Positions 1-11,734 of a stretch of 64,000 nt of DNA are shown here, piece by piece. The translations under genes and the position numbers were made by a program. This DNA comes from Azolla caroliniana (lineage: Eukaryota > Plantae > Polypodiophyta): NCBI GenBank assembly GCA_043228905.1, contig JBHGNT010000010.1, positions 4,278,001 through 4,342,000 on the forward strand. Reading direction: 5' to 3'. Below the pieces are notes generated by a model. It had not been told where the DNA came from, did not search any database, and was given only the letters and a program-made list of their open reading frames with translations. Within the stretch, counting starts at the first letter, position 1. Each line of letters opens with the position of its first letter.

Positions 1-642
1 GCTACAAATTTTAAATTATTACAACATTTTGAACATGACATATCCTAGTTAAAGGAGCAAATTACATGCATTTTTTTGGTGACATATCCATGTCAAAAAA
101 TGTAATGCAAATAGTGTCAATCAAATATCTCGGTGGAAAAATAATCCTTGGAAAGGAAATTTGTTGACATATTCTTGGAAAGGAAATTTGTAGGTGGAAA
201 ATAAACGCGCTAAATGGTTGGATTTGAAAGGCAAGGAGCCGTGGTGTAAATGATTACATATGCAAGAAATAAACATAGTACATTGATCTCCAATATAACA
301 GATCTAACTTGTAATGAAGACTTCTTGGTAGTATGATAGAAACGGTGTTCAGATGGTTTTGGTCATTGAAGAATATTCAAATTTTTATGTGCTACATGAG
401 TACATATGAGTGGATACATAGTGTTGTTTGAATGCTTCTTGCGAGAAAAGTTAAAAGTCAAGAAAGATTTTTTTTTACATATGCTCACTTTAATTGTAAA
501 AAATCTTTTAATAACACCACAACACGTGTTAGGTTGACGTAAAATGTCGTTCACTTTTTCATCATTTCGTTTACATAGAAGAATCATAATGTCAAAAAAT
601 TAAACAATCAAAAGAACCCTACGAACAAATAATAATCGATGC

Positions 643-1618
643 CGTGTTGGCTAAAATACCGGTTTTCAGATTAGAATGGGACCCAATGGATTATCAGTGG
701 ACAGACCCTTTTACGGGTAACAAATTTAATTTTTTCCAATATTCTGTACAGTTAGGAAGACATGTGCTTTCAGATATACGAGATGTGACACCGGCTGCTT
801 TTCAATTTTGGAATCAACAAGGTATTACTCCCCAATTCCTGGCAAATTTTTGGGTAGTGTTATGGGCTAGAAAACAGCCACACCAAATATTGCATGTACA
901 GTGGTTGCTTGTACATCGAGCCTTGCCAGTTGGCACATGGCTACATAGGATGGGAGTAGAGTCTACTTGCGCACGATGTCGTTTACAAATGGAAACTCAA
1001 AAACATTGCTTATGGGAATGTATTGAGTCTCAATTGATATGGCAACGTCTCCTTAGAATTTTTGCTAATTATTTCTCCCTGTTGGTTTTCACTTGGGGTA
1101 TGGTGGTTTGGACATCTCTTGTCCGTGATGTATTTCATTATGATAACGAATCAATGGACCATGGATTTTGCACTAATTTTGGAAGAGTACATAAAGTACC
1201 ATTGTTGTCACTACAGTTTACAGGAATACGAAAGGAAGTCCAACCAGTATGGGAGATATTGAGTAGTACCACTATATATCATATTTGGAAGACTAGGTGC
1301 TCTCTTATTTTCCAACAACTGAAAACACCACCGGCCGAATTGGTCTCAAATATTTGGTTAGACATAGTGCATACTTTGAAGGGACAATGGGATGGTATTA
1401 TTGGTGACTCTGATGCTAAGATTGCTCAACGGCATGAGTTTATCACTATATGGAAACCTTCTCCATTCATGACAGCCAACTGTGGTACTCCTTATTGGCA
1501 TTATCAACCTCCGAAATGGTTGTTCCCCCCCCCCAATTACATAGAACTTTGAATCTTGTAAAATGACTATACTAATGACAGGATATTTTTAAAAAAAATA
1601 AATAATAATAATAATAAT
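643..1618 (+). mobile_element. 5'-truncated LINE (non-LTR retrotransposon) 3' end with zf-RVT-like C-terminal ORF2 region, A/(AAT)n tail and 15-bp TSD
   Basis: ORF 644..1552 carries the zf-RVT-type motif WLLVHRALPV...CARC...ETQKHCLWEC...IW and 'YHIWKTRC'. It is followed by A8 plus an (AAT)n tail at ~1591-1620. The direct repeat AATAATAATCGATGC flanks it at 628-642 and 1619-1633. Confidence 0.85.
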
Positions 1619-2263
1619 AATAATAATCGATGCTCTTCCTCAACAACAAAGTATGGATAGAGACAAAACCAAAGGAACACTACCATAAAAACTCAATTTG
1701 TGACCCAATTCAATCTCTCAAGCTTTTCATCACACAAACATTCTCTAGAGATGCCCATGAATATAAAAATATATGTAGTGAACACCAACTAATTGTGGGG
1801 AATTAGTTGGTCTTAGAAGACGTTAATATATATTTCTATCTCTCTCTCTCTCTCTCGACCCCCCGCCACCTGCCCCCCCCAAAAGTAAAACTAAACTTTT
1901 GAAACTGCCTATATGCATTCAACCTTAAATTTTCTGTACATATTTGTATTTTATTCCATGTCTTCCGTAAAAAGTATAGGTAGATGTTTGCACTTCAAGT
2001 GAAGTTTCAGGACAAATGTGGTTATAGATTTCATGTTGCATTATGTGTGTCTATATATACATGTCACATCTTCATAGATATGCATCCACATTAACCTCAA
2101 ACAATTGTGATATACTCCTAAGTCATTGTATCTTCTCTCAACGACCTTCGAACATAGGTAATCTATTGGTTAGGACTCGTGCAATGGTTGTAGCATTACC
2201 ATTTCATTTCTTGGGTATGCTCCATGCAATGGATAGATTCCATTATTGTTTCCCATACTCACA

Positions 2264-5200
2264 TCATCTCTCATTGCAACAAATAGGCCCTAATTGTTCT
2301 TGAAGTTTGTTCCATAAGCAAGCCATTTGTTTGGGCTTTTGATAGTGCGCTGTAATATAACCTTCACTACATCCTAAGTTGTTGAACTTTTTATCACTTA
2401 CATAATATACTTCATTATTTTGCTTCTTGTATGCTTGAATCCAAATTCCCATTGAGACATCCTCTAGCTTGAATAACTACATAAAATACAAAGTTAAATA
2501 AAAGGAACGTTGGATTTCTCTTCAAAGGATAGAATTTGAAGTTTAGGTACCTTTAGTCTCTGTCTATAATGAGAGTCTACAACAAATCGAGCTATATCTG
2601 CCGAAATAATATATCCTGGACCCATAGCCCATGGCGGGTAAGAAGGGTCGGGCCATTCCTGTAGCAATAACACTATAGTTACAAAATGTAAACCTCTAAT
2701 GTAAATTTGATCTCTTTATATTCTTTTACACCTTTGTGTAGTGATGAATAATGATGTTTCAAAGAACACGAGGAATCATGGTAAGTAGTCTTGATGGTTT
2801 GACCTTGAAGAGTTACAATGTTTGGGGATTATGAATGAACTAATTATCGAGAGAACATTGAATGGAGTGTTTCTAATGGATACCCTAAAATCATTGTAAA
2901 TCCAAACATGTGTATGCATACATACATGTGCAAATTGAAATAAATTTTTAAGGAAATGTTTCCGGTTTTTACCCTATGATCAACGTAAACTTTCACTCAT
3001 TAACTCCCCTATCTAGTTGTTATCTTATCCCTTTTTCACATTCTTATCCCCCCTAGAGATGAATAAAAGGTATATCATATATGTCCTCGATTAGCAAATT
3101 CCTTCTCTAGTTACTCTATAAGCATTCTATCAACATTTAGAATTAAATCATGTAAATGTGTTCAACTCGAAAATCTAATAGACTCTTAAAATTCACATGA
3201 ATGAAGATGGCGGCTTTTCTTACATCTGTACTTATATACCATTTATCTGTAGGGTCTCGGCGTGGTTGGTTGTTGTATTCTATTGAACCATATAGAAGCC
3301 CTTTGCTCTTTCTTGTGTTTCTCAAACCTCTAAGCACTTCATCAACTCTCACAAAGGTGTCATCGTCGGTTTTCATAATATAATTTGGACGCATTTTCTC
3401 AACCTGAAACACAAGTGTGTTTGAAGAAATGGGTCAATGAAAAAAAAAACACTTACTCATAACGGAGAATTCTTCATCATGGAAATGACACTAGGAATCG
3501 TACCCCAAAAATGCATATGGCGATGGTCTTAAGTGTAATCAATTCGTAGTAGTCAACAAATGGCATGAGTTGAATGTCCCCATATCTCAATGCTTCTCTC
3601 CAAATCTCATCGTTTACTTGTTTGTTCGAGTGCTACAAAGATTAGTTAAAAATATCCCATTCAATCAACAAATGTCTCTCCATCTCTCTCTAGAACTAAG
3701 ATTAGAAAACTAAAGACACGGTGTGTCAAGACTAAACTTTACAGGTGTGTTAACTAGTACGAATCGGCAACGGTTCGGTTTTGGCTTAACCTGTTTTGCC
3801 TTGTCCAAACCAAACTAGTTAAGCCTAAACCAGTTTGGGGGTTTCCAAACCTGAACCGAACCGGTTCCTAAACCGGTTTAGATTAACCGGTTTGGCTAAG
3901 CCAATTAAGCCATAACCGGCTTGGTAACTGGTTTGAGCAATCCCAAACCGAGCTCAAGCCTAACCCGAACCAAACCGAACCACCAAACCATTTTTAAACG
4001 GTTTGACGGTTCGGTTTAGGCTTGAGTCGAGCCATTGCCAATTCCTGTTAACTAGAACAAAAACGTTGGTACCTGCCCAACAAAAAAACGCACGGTGACC
4101 TTCCCAGAGCGTACAACTTCATATTGCATCCACGATCGTCGAACCGCCATCCGCCTATCGAAATTATTGGCAGTCGAAAACACACCAATGAAGAGCTCAT
4201 TCATTTTCTTGTGGGGCAACCTAGGTGCTTTGAGTAGCTCTAAGCCAACTTGAGAGATGTCCTCCGAAGTCGGAAGGCCAGTGGACAAGATCGAGGTTGG
4301 TGTTACACTTCCTTTCAATCTCACTCTCGTAACCAACGATGGTTTCAAGTTCTGAACCCAAGAGAAACAATAATGAGAACTCTAAGGGAGGGGTATGGGG
4401 TATGTTAGTGGATATCAAGAAAGTTTAAGCATCCTCATTCAATCGTCCCGACTTGAACTTGAATGGCATGCATGCATTCATTTGTTCCACTAGGACAAGG
4501 GCACGTTGGTAAATCTTCGGAAACTTACTTAGGGATGTATGTGGGTAGATTTAACTACAAAAGAGAGTTCCTCAGAGTATACCTGCCTGTATGCATAGGA
4601 AGTGATATGTTTCCCATTGATGGTCATGTGGAATCCTTCCCATCCCACCCACAAAGTTGCGGCAAAAGGCGAGCCCTCTACGAACGGGAACCGCTCCTTT
4701 GTATTACTACTTCTACTCGGCAATTTGCGTGTCCCGGCTCTCGTCACAACATTGTCCCCAACTTCCTGCGCGAGCCCGACAATCTTACCATTACAAGGTT
4801 CCATATCATCCACTGCTGCATGAAAGACCCAAAGGAGAAACAACGGACAAAAACTTAGAACAACACGGCTAAAACCTAAAAGAGATGCATGTGTGCATGT
4901 GTGCGTGTGTGCGCTTTGGATGATCGATCGGGTGCAAATGGGGCCGGAAAAATTGTGATACTAAGATCAGACATATTTTGCACGGTGCGAAAAATCTCAA
5001 GATAACTTCTTGTGATACATATGTGGGCATGTGTGTGAAGATAACTTCTTGTGATACATATGTGGGCATGTGTGTGTGTGTATGCTCAGATTAGTAGAGG
5101 GGTGATGTGGTGATGGTGATGGTGATGGTGATGGTGATGGTGGACATATGTGTGTAATGTATGTGTAGCGTGTGTTTGTGTGTTTGAAGCTTCTTCTTGT

Positions 5201-6326
5201 GGTATGATGCTTACCTTTTCTCAGATTAGTTGAGGGATGATGGTGATGGTGATGGTGATGGTGATGGTGATGGTGGACATGTGTGTGTAGTGTGTGTTTG
5301 AAATTTCTTATTGTGGTATGATGCTTTACCTTTCCTCAGATTAGTAGAGGGTTGATGTGGTGATGGTGATGATGATGATGATGGTGGTGGACATCTTTGT
5401 TCATCTGCTCCCCAACCATGATCACTTGTCCATGTGTTCTGGATGATCATGGGGCCATGATGGTGGTGGCTATGGTGTCCCTGCAATGTCACATTGAAGT
5501 GCAGAATGATGGGAGCTTCTTCTTCTTCTTCTTCTTCTTCTTCTTCTTCTTCTTGATGATGATGATGATCCATGTCTCCACCATCTCCCAGAAGATCAAT
5601 CGCAAAACCACCATCTCCCCCTGCAATGGCCACAATTGTGATGGAAGAATCCACTACCAATCCACATGGTATCTGTAGATCTTCCATCCTCCCATGGCTT
5701 CTTGTGCCACTCTGATTGAGCATTGAGCATACAGAGGAAGGGCACTTCTTCATCTCCATTGCCTTTCTTGCATCGTTATCATCGGCGGAGTGTCCATGGC
5801 CCTTTTTCTTCTTCCCTCGCTGCTGCCTCTGCTCTTCCATGAACTCTAGCCAGTACTTTTCGGCCTCTTTCATGGCTTGCTTTGCTTTGGGAAAGCAATC
5901 AGGGCGAGAGAGAACAGGCGCCATATACTTCCACAGAGAGAGGGCAGAACTGGACCTTTCTTCTTCTTCTTCTTCTTCTTCGTTGTCTCGTGGCGATGGT
6001 GATAATGATGGTGATGAAGATGGCGATGTGTTTGTTGATGATGGTAATCCTTGCCTCACCATCATCTCTGAGCGAACCAAATGGATCCACCTGGTTGCTT
6101 CAGAAGCCGCTGCAGCTCTGTCTCTGAGATAACTCTCTGCATGTGGATATGGCAGCATAAGATCAATTTGTGAGCTCCTGGGGAAGAAGAAGAGATTCAA
6201 GGGCATGGAGCCATGAGCTTCAAGCAAAGTGGTGTGATATGATGAGAGGGGGCCTTGGAAGAGATTGAAGGAGATAACAACTGTGAACACGAACAGTATG
6301 AGGAGAACACCAAGCCATTTCTTCAT
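2264..6326 (-). CDS. GALT1: GT31 beta-1,3-galactosyltransferase with galectin domain, GALT1-like (7 coding exons)
   Basis: Exons 6326-5330, 4815-4583, 4351-4073, 3632-3504, 3403-3224, 2658-2551, 2476-2264, all GT-AG and phase-consistent. N-terminal membrane anchor ([14 protein letters not shown]). Galectin motifs IILHFN..IIQNTW..WG..RCP and [30 protein letters not shown]31 motifs [60 protein letters not shown]. Assignment to GALT1 rather than Hyp-GALT rests on recalled motif similarity. Confidence 0.88.
3758..4047. mobile_element. hAT-type MITE in GALT1 intron 3
   Basis: 8-bp TSD TTAACTAG at 3750-3757 and 4048-4055. Imperfect TIRs TACGAATCGGCAACGGTTCG / CGAGCCATTGCCAATTCCTG. Interior dense in AAACCG/CGGTT subterminal motifs. 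Confidence 0.85.
5085..5395. repeat. Three tandem ~120-135 bp copies of the GALT1 exon1/intron1 junction region
   Basis: CTCAGATTAGT(A/T)GAGGG..(TGATGG)n..GGACAT recurs at ~5085, ~5220 and ~5335. Confidence 0.85.
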
Positions 6327-6368
6327 CTGAAACACTGGGAAGCAATCAAACCATCCCTTCCATTTCAT

Positions 6369-6645
6369 TTTAGGGTTTGGTGCAGGAATTATTATGGAAT
6401 TGGAGACAGAATTTGCGAGGCTTTTTTAGGGTTTGGTGTAGGAATTATTATGGTATTGGAGACAGAATTTGTGAGGCTTTTTTAGGGTTTGGTGTAGGAA
6501 TTATTATGGTATTGGAGACAGAATTTGTGAGGCTTTTTTAGGGTTTGGTGTAGGAATTATTATGGTATTGGAGACAGAATTTGTGAGGCTTTTTTAGGGT
6601 TTGGTGCAGGAATTATTATGGTATTGGAGACAGAATTTGTGAAGC
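6369..6645. repeat. 56-bp tandem repeat x5, each containing TTTAGGGTTT (telo-box/telomere-like)
   Basis: TAGGGTTTGGTG(C/T)AGGAATTATTATGG(A/T)ATTGGAGACAGAATTTG(C/T)GAGGC starts at 6371, 6427, 6483, 6539 and 6595. Confidence 0.95.
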
Positions 6646-9600
6646 TTGCAAATAATGGCTTCTTAAAGTTATACTATCTATATGCATCCCATCCCACCCC
6701 ACCTTCCTTTCCCTTTTAAGATTCAGTCAAAATCTAACCAGGGCCTCTGGTTTGTATTGAAGAAAAAGGGGGATTCAATCACTGCTTTGACTGAAATTTG
6801 CACTGGGAATGTTACTGTATGCATGCATGCATTACACATACATATACATACATACATACATATTAGCAATTTGTAGGTGTGTGATCTAGCACAAACTTTA
6901 TGGTCTGCAGCTTCAATCTGGTAAGGTGTGTGACATGTGTGGGTGTGTCTGTATAATCTGGCACAAAGCTATGGCTTTTAGCTGCAATTTGGTAATGTAT
7001 AGGCATATGCATATGCATCTATACCTATGTGAATGTGCGTATAATATGACACAAAGCTATGGCTTTTAGTTTCCAATGTCCATATATATATATAATCTAC
7101 CTATCTATATAGAGATATATCATATGCATATATACATATATATATATATATACATGTGTGTGGGCAATATACATTATTTGGATAATTTCTTTACAAAGAA
7201 AGAAAGAAAGAAAGGGGTTGGTTCATTTCAGCTTTCACTTTCAGAGCATCCCTCTGTTTTTTCTCACATCTGACAAGAAAGCCAGATGACCAAGCCATAA
7301 GGGTAGAATTTTCATGGCACCTCAAAAAGAGAGAGATAGAGATAAGGGAGAAGGGGGAGGGGGGGGTATCAGTTCAATTCATTCAGTCAATCAAGTCATT
7401 GAGTCTTGCTTGGAAATGGTCTATGGAATCTCTTACCAACTAAAGTTATGCTATTACTAGACTTTATGCTATTATTAGGCATTTGCATGCCCAGATATAG
7501 ATATATATATAGTATTTATTGATTTCACACACAGAAAGACATGAGAGATAGCATGAGAGTTCAAGAGTAGCAAACAAAACACATTGAATTGTGTATGTAA
7601 GTCCACAACAAATCTCTCATGACACACACCAATTCAACATTGTTTAGTGAAAGGAATCTGGTATGTATATTGAAACCAAGTAGCCAGACCATTAACACTA
7701 GACTATCATATAAAAAGGAGATGTAAAGAGCCACACATCAACATCCTTGTGGCTTGACCATTGATTTATGATCTCATGAGAAAGAACTTTAATGTAATGT
7801 TGAACTCTTCTTCTTCTTGTTCTTCTTGTTCTTCTTGTTCTTCTTCTTCTCCAAAAAATAATGTTGAACTCTTAGGATTCATGAAAGCACGAATAGGTTG
7901 ATACACAAATATGACATGTAATTTGGATTTAAACACATAGGTCTTGAAACCATATGCAAGAAAGTGGGAAATTTTGCGACGTTCATGATATACAACAAAT
8001 GAAATGAAGTTTGTCTTTTGATAAGGGGAAGAACTTTTGTGGTGGAGCAAAGGTGGTTTCACTTTCAATCTCACATTGATCACCATTAAAATAATAAATT
8101 AATGTTAGTGCTTAGTTAAACTTCATACCAAAGTAGAGATTGATGTGTGGTAATGTCATCGACATCTTAGCCTTGACAATCTCTACAGATGATATCGATG
8201 GATTGATTATTATTTAACTAAACACTCATGTCAAGGCCTCATATTTAGAACCTTGCCTTAAAGTTGCTTGCTTACCTTGTGTCTTCATTTTATGAAAGCT
8301 AGATTCCCAAACAATGAGAATCTGTTTTTTACAAAGCATGGTTTAAAAACTCAGTGGAGGAGGATTACCTAAAGATAATCACAATTTAAAACACTATGCT
8401 TGTTTTCAAAACTTCCGATATATGCTTGGATAACCTTGAGGAACCTTGTAGAAAAAAAGGAACCAATATCAACAAATTATGCATCTAATTACCCTTGTTT
8501 AGAATATCTATACAAACTTATAATCAATTATGCATCTAATAAGAACTTGAATAGTTGGGGATACAATTTACAAACACACGAATACATCTATGTATGTTAT
8601 GTGGAACACTAGAGGATCAAAATATATATTTAAAGCACATTTCCCCGTAGGGGGCAACACTACTTAAACCTTAGAGTATTGTAGTTTTAATGTTCACTAC
8701 CAAGTCCTGAGGAGTGTTCTTCATCACTGTGGTTAGTTGTGGGATTGGAGGACTTCATTGCCTAATGTCAAAGTCACATCATTCTTCAACACACGAAAGC
8801 GCATACCTCTCCACTTCACACAATTATGGAATCCTCAAAGTTTATTGAATCAAACTACAATTAGTTACACAATTTAGTTGTACAACTAATCACTATGCAA
8901 ACTAAATAATATGGATGTCTTAATTGATATATATTTACTACATAAGAAACAAATGAGGCTTCCCAAATAAATAGATAGTAAATAAATAAACATGTATCTC
9001 TCTATTAACTAGTATGGAAAAGCTACATTGTCGAAAATGACACTTAGTGAATCCAAAAGAGAGAATGAGTACCAAAAGGTAGTCCCAAAGTTGGGGCACC
9101 AGAACACCATTTTTTACAATAGAGCTTTTGCCCTTTTTTTCAACAAAAAAAATGCTACCCATTAGTTAGGAAGAAATACCCGAGGTATCATATGCACAAG
9201 AGCTTTTACCCTTTTATATAAGTTGAAAAAAAACTAAAGGATCCCTTTCACATTTCAATCCCATTGGCCATTTGTCAATCTTATCTAATAAAGGGTAGCT
9301 CCCACTAATCTGGCACACACTAATAACTACACTAAGAGCTCATATATGAGCGGATTGATGGTACTAATGATGTGCAAAACTAATGAGGCTGAATTTTCAA
9401 AAGCGATGGTGTACTACACCAATGGCCGCATCAAATGGAATGGATGTACTATGGAAGTATGAAGTACCCAAATGGTTGTTCCCCCCTCCCATTAGATGAT
9501 CAAGGGGCATGAAAGACATGGCATGTGGGATAGTGAAGTAGGTGATGTGCATGAAAGGATGGCTAGAGCCATATGTGAAAGTGTAAGATAAATAAGCGAG

Positions 9601-10879
9601 ATCTCTTTGTAGGATAGGATAGTCTTGGCTCGGCCGACCCGAGAAAGGGATCGAGTTTGTGTATATTTTAACTAAAGGAGTATATTCTTTTTTGGTAAAA
9701 ATAAAAGGGTAGCTCCCCACAAATTACAATATGGCCATGTTTCTTACATACATTTGGCCTATGGCCAATATTTTAGATCGGAAATACTATGCCTTATTTA
9801 GGGTTGTTAAAACTAGTGAACCCTTTCACAATATCTAAGCTTGTTTTCTCTTTATTTTTGTGTTGGGAGTGGTCCTGTTTTGTGCAAGAAAACATTGTCT
9901 AAAAATGAAAACTACTAGTTGCTTATTTCAAATCTCCAAGATAATGTTATCTATCCTTTTCTCTACTTTTCTATTCAGTAACAATTTAGTTACGTCCCAC
10001 TCAAGCAATTGGATAAATACTTGAAAGTTGACATTACCCACTTGTATGTAAAATATTTGGAACGTTGGATGTCTCCATCATTGTGTGAGAATATCTATCG
10101 GTAGTGGTTGTGAGTTATATGGTGTGCATATTAGACCTCTATCCAATGGAAATGGGAAATTCACCTCCATGCATAATGCACTTGTACCTTGTAGGATTCC
10201 GTTTGTGTTCCCGTGGTTGGGTTCTTGTTTTTGGTGACTATTCTTCATTTTGTTACATAGGTGTTATATAGGATTCACTAGGTTTTCTACTTATTGTCCC
10301 CATAAGAAATGAATGTTAATGTTTTGCCATAGTGTCGTGTGTGTCATGATTTCTTTTAGTATCTACAAAATATGTTTTCCTTGTGTTCCTCCCATCTTTG
10401 TTTGTCATGGTTGACTCATTGATTGATTATGACTCAAACATTAGGTTATATGACTTCATTAAATAGTGTAATGCTTCCTTAACCAATATCTACATTCATA
10501 CTGAATCTAATTCCTTGCTAATACTAAAATCAAATTCCTAAATTAATCATATTTTGTAAGCTCCTTGAAGATGGTCACATCATTCACATTCTATTTTCAT
10601 GTCATGTCTATGATCGTCAAGTTCTTGCCACAAGCCCTTTAGTTCATTCACATATTTAGTTACAACTCAACTACCATGTTTTTTCAAGCAAGGTTCTAGC
10701 CCTTATCTAATACACTAGGCTGCAGCTCAAGCCTTTGAATAGTATAGCGACTTGTAGTTTTCCTAGATCTCTTCAACCAATTTGACATGTAGTAGTCTCA
10801 ATAGATTGCATCATAGGGATACTATTAGATTTAAATATGTCAAATAAATGTGTAACTTGCTAAGAGGAACTTGGAACGA

Positions 10880-11135
10880 AGGGCTGAATGTTACAGGTCT
10901 ATGAAGTCTGAGGACAACTAGGATGGCAAGATAAAAAACAGAAAGGGCTTGACTATACATCCTAAACAAAGGTGGCTCAAGCAAAGGCTTAACCAATAAG
11001 AGTAGACAGTGAAAGCTATGAAATCTGAGGACAACTAGGATGGCAATATAAAACAGAAAGGATTTGGCTACATATTCTAAACAAAGGTGACTTAACAGTG
11101 AAGCCTTCGTCAATAAGAGTAGACAGTGAAAGCTA
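10880..11135. repeat. ~118-bp tandem duplication downstream of the TOL gene
   Basis: TCTGAGGACAACTAGGATGGCAA and CAATAAGAGTAGACAGTGAAAGCTA each occur twice about 118 bp apart. Confidence 0.8.
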
Positions 11136-11734
11136 CCACATCTGAAAAAACTGAATTGGTGATGAAGGCAGAATTCTATATAGCTATGCAAATGGAGGCT
11201 TTCAGCAATGAAAGTCACATGCTACAAAAGCAGCTTTCAACAATTACAAGAAGCTTCCTTTGTTGAAAGCTCTAATACTATATAGAAGAACAGAGGATGA
11301 AAAGATATATCTAGCTTCATTTTCCTTCATTTCTGTCGTGGAAGTAATACTCTTTTATACAAGAAAACTTTTGTCTAATTGTAGAGCCTCTTAGTAGCTT
11401 AGTTCAAAACTTAAATCTGACGTTACCTTCCCATTAGTTTTCTTCCTTTTTTGTTTAGTAATGTTTTGCTTACGCAATGTGTGCTCTGCACAACATGTAT
11501 GTTTCACAGATAAAACAATGCTGATTGCTTGTTGCTTATTATAGTCTACAATCATTTACATTCACATCCACCAAGTACATCAAAAATTAATTCCCTAATG
11601 AGAGTTCCTTATCCGATTCTACTAGTTTTCACAATAATGATGTACAACATGGCATGTGATGTCAACATGACAAATCTGACATACCAACAGACTTCAGAGA
11701 TGCAATTCCTAATTCATCCTCGCCGTTTAATTGA

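Noticed and set aside
4463-6132. Plus-strand ORFs overlapping GALT1 exons (likewise antisense ORFs within the Gypsy, Copia and hAT)
   Set aside because: Antisense shadows of real coding sequence with no recognisable motifs.
6369-6645. Interstitial telomere
   Set aside because: Only one TTTAGGG(TTT) per 56-bp unit, not a tandem heptamer array.
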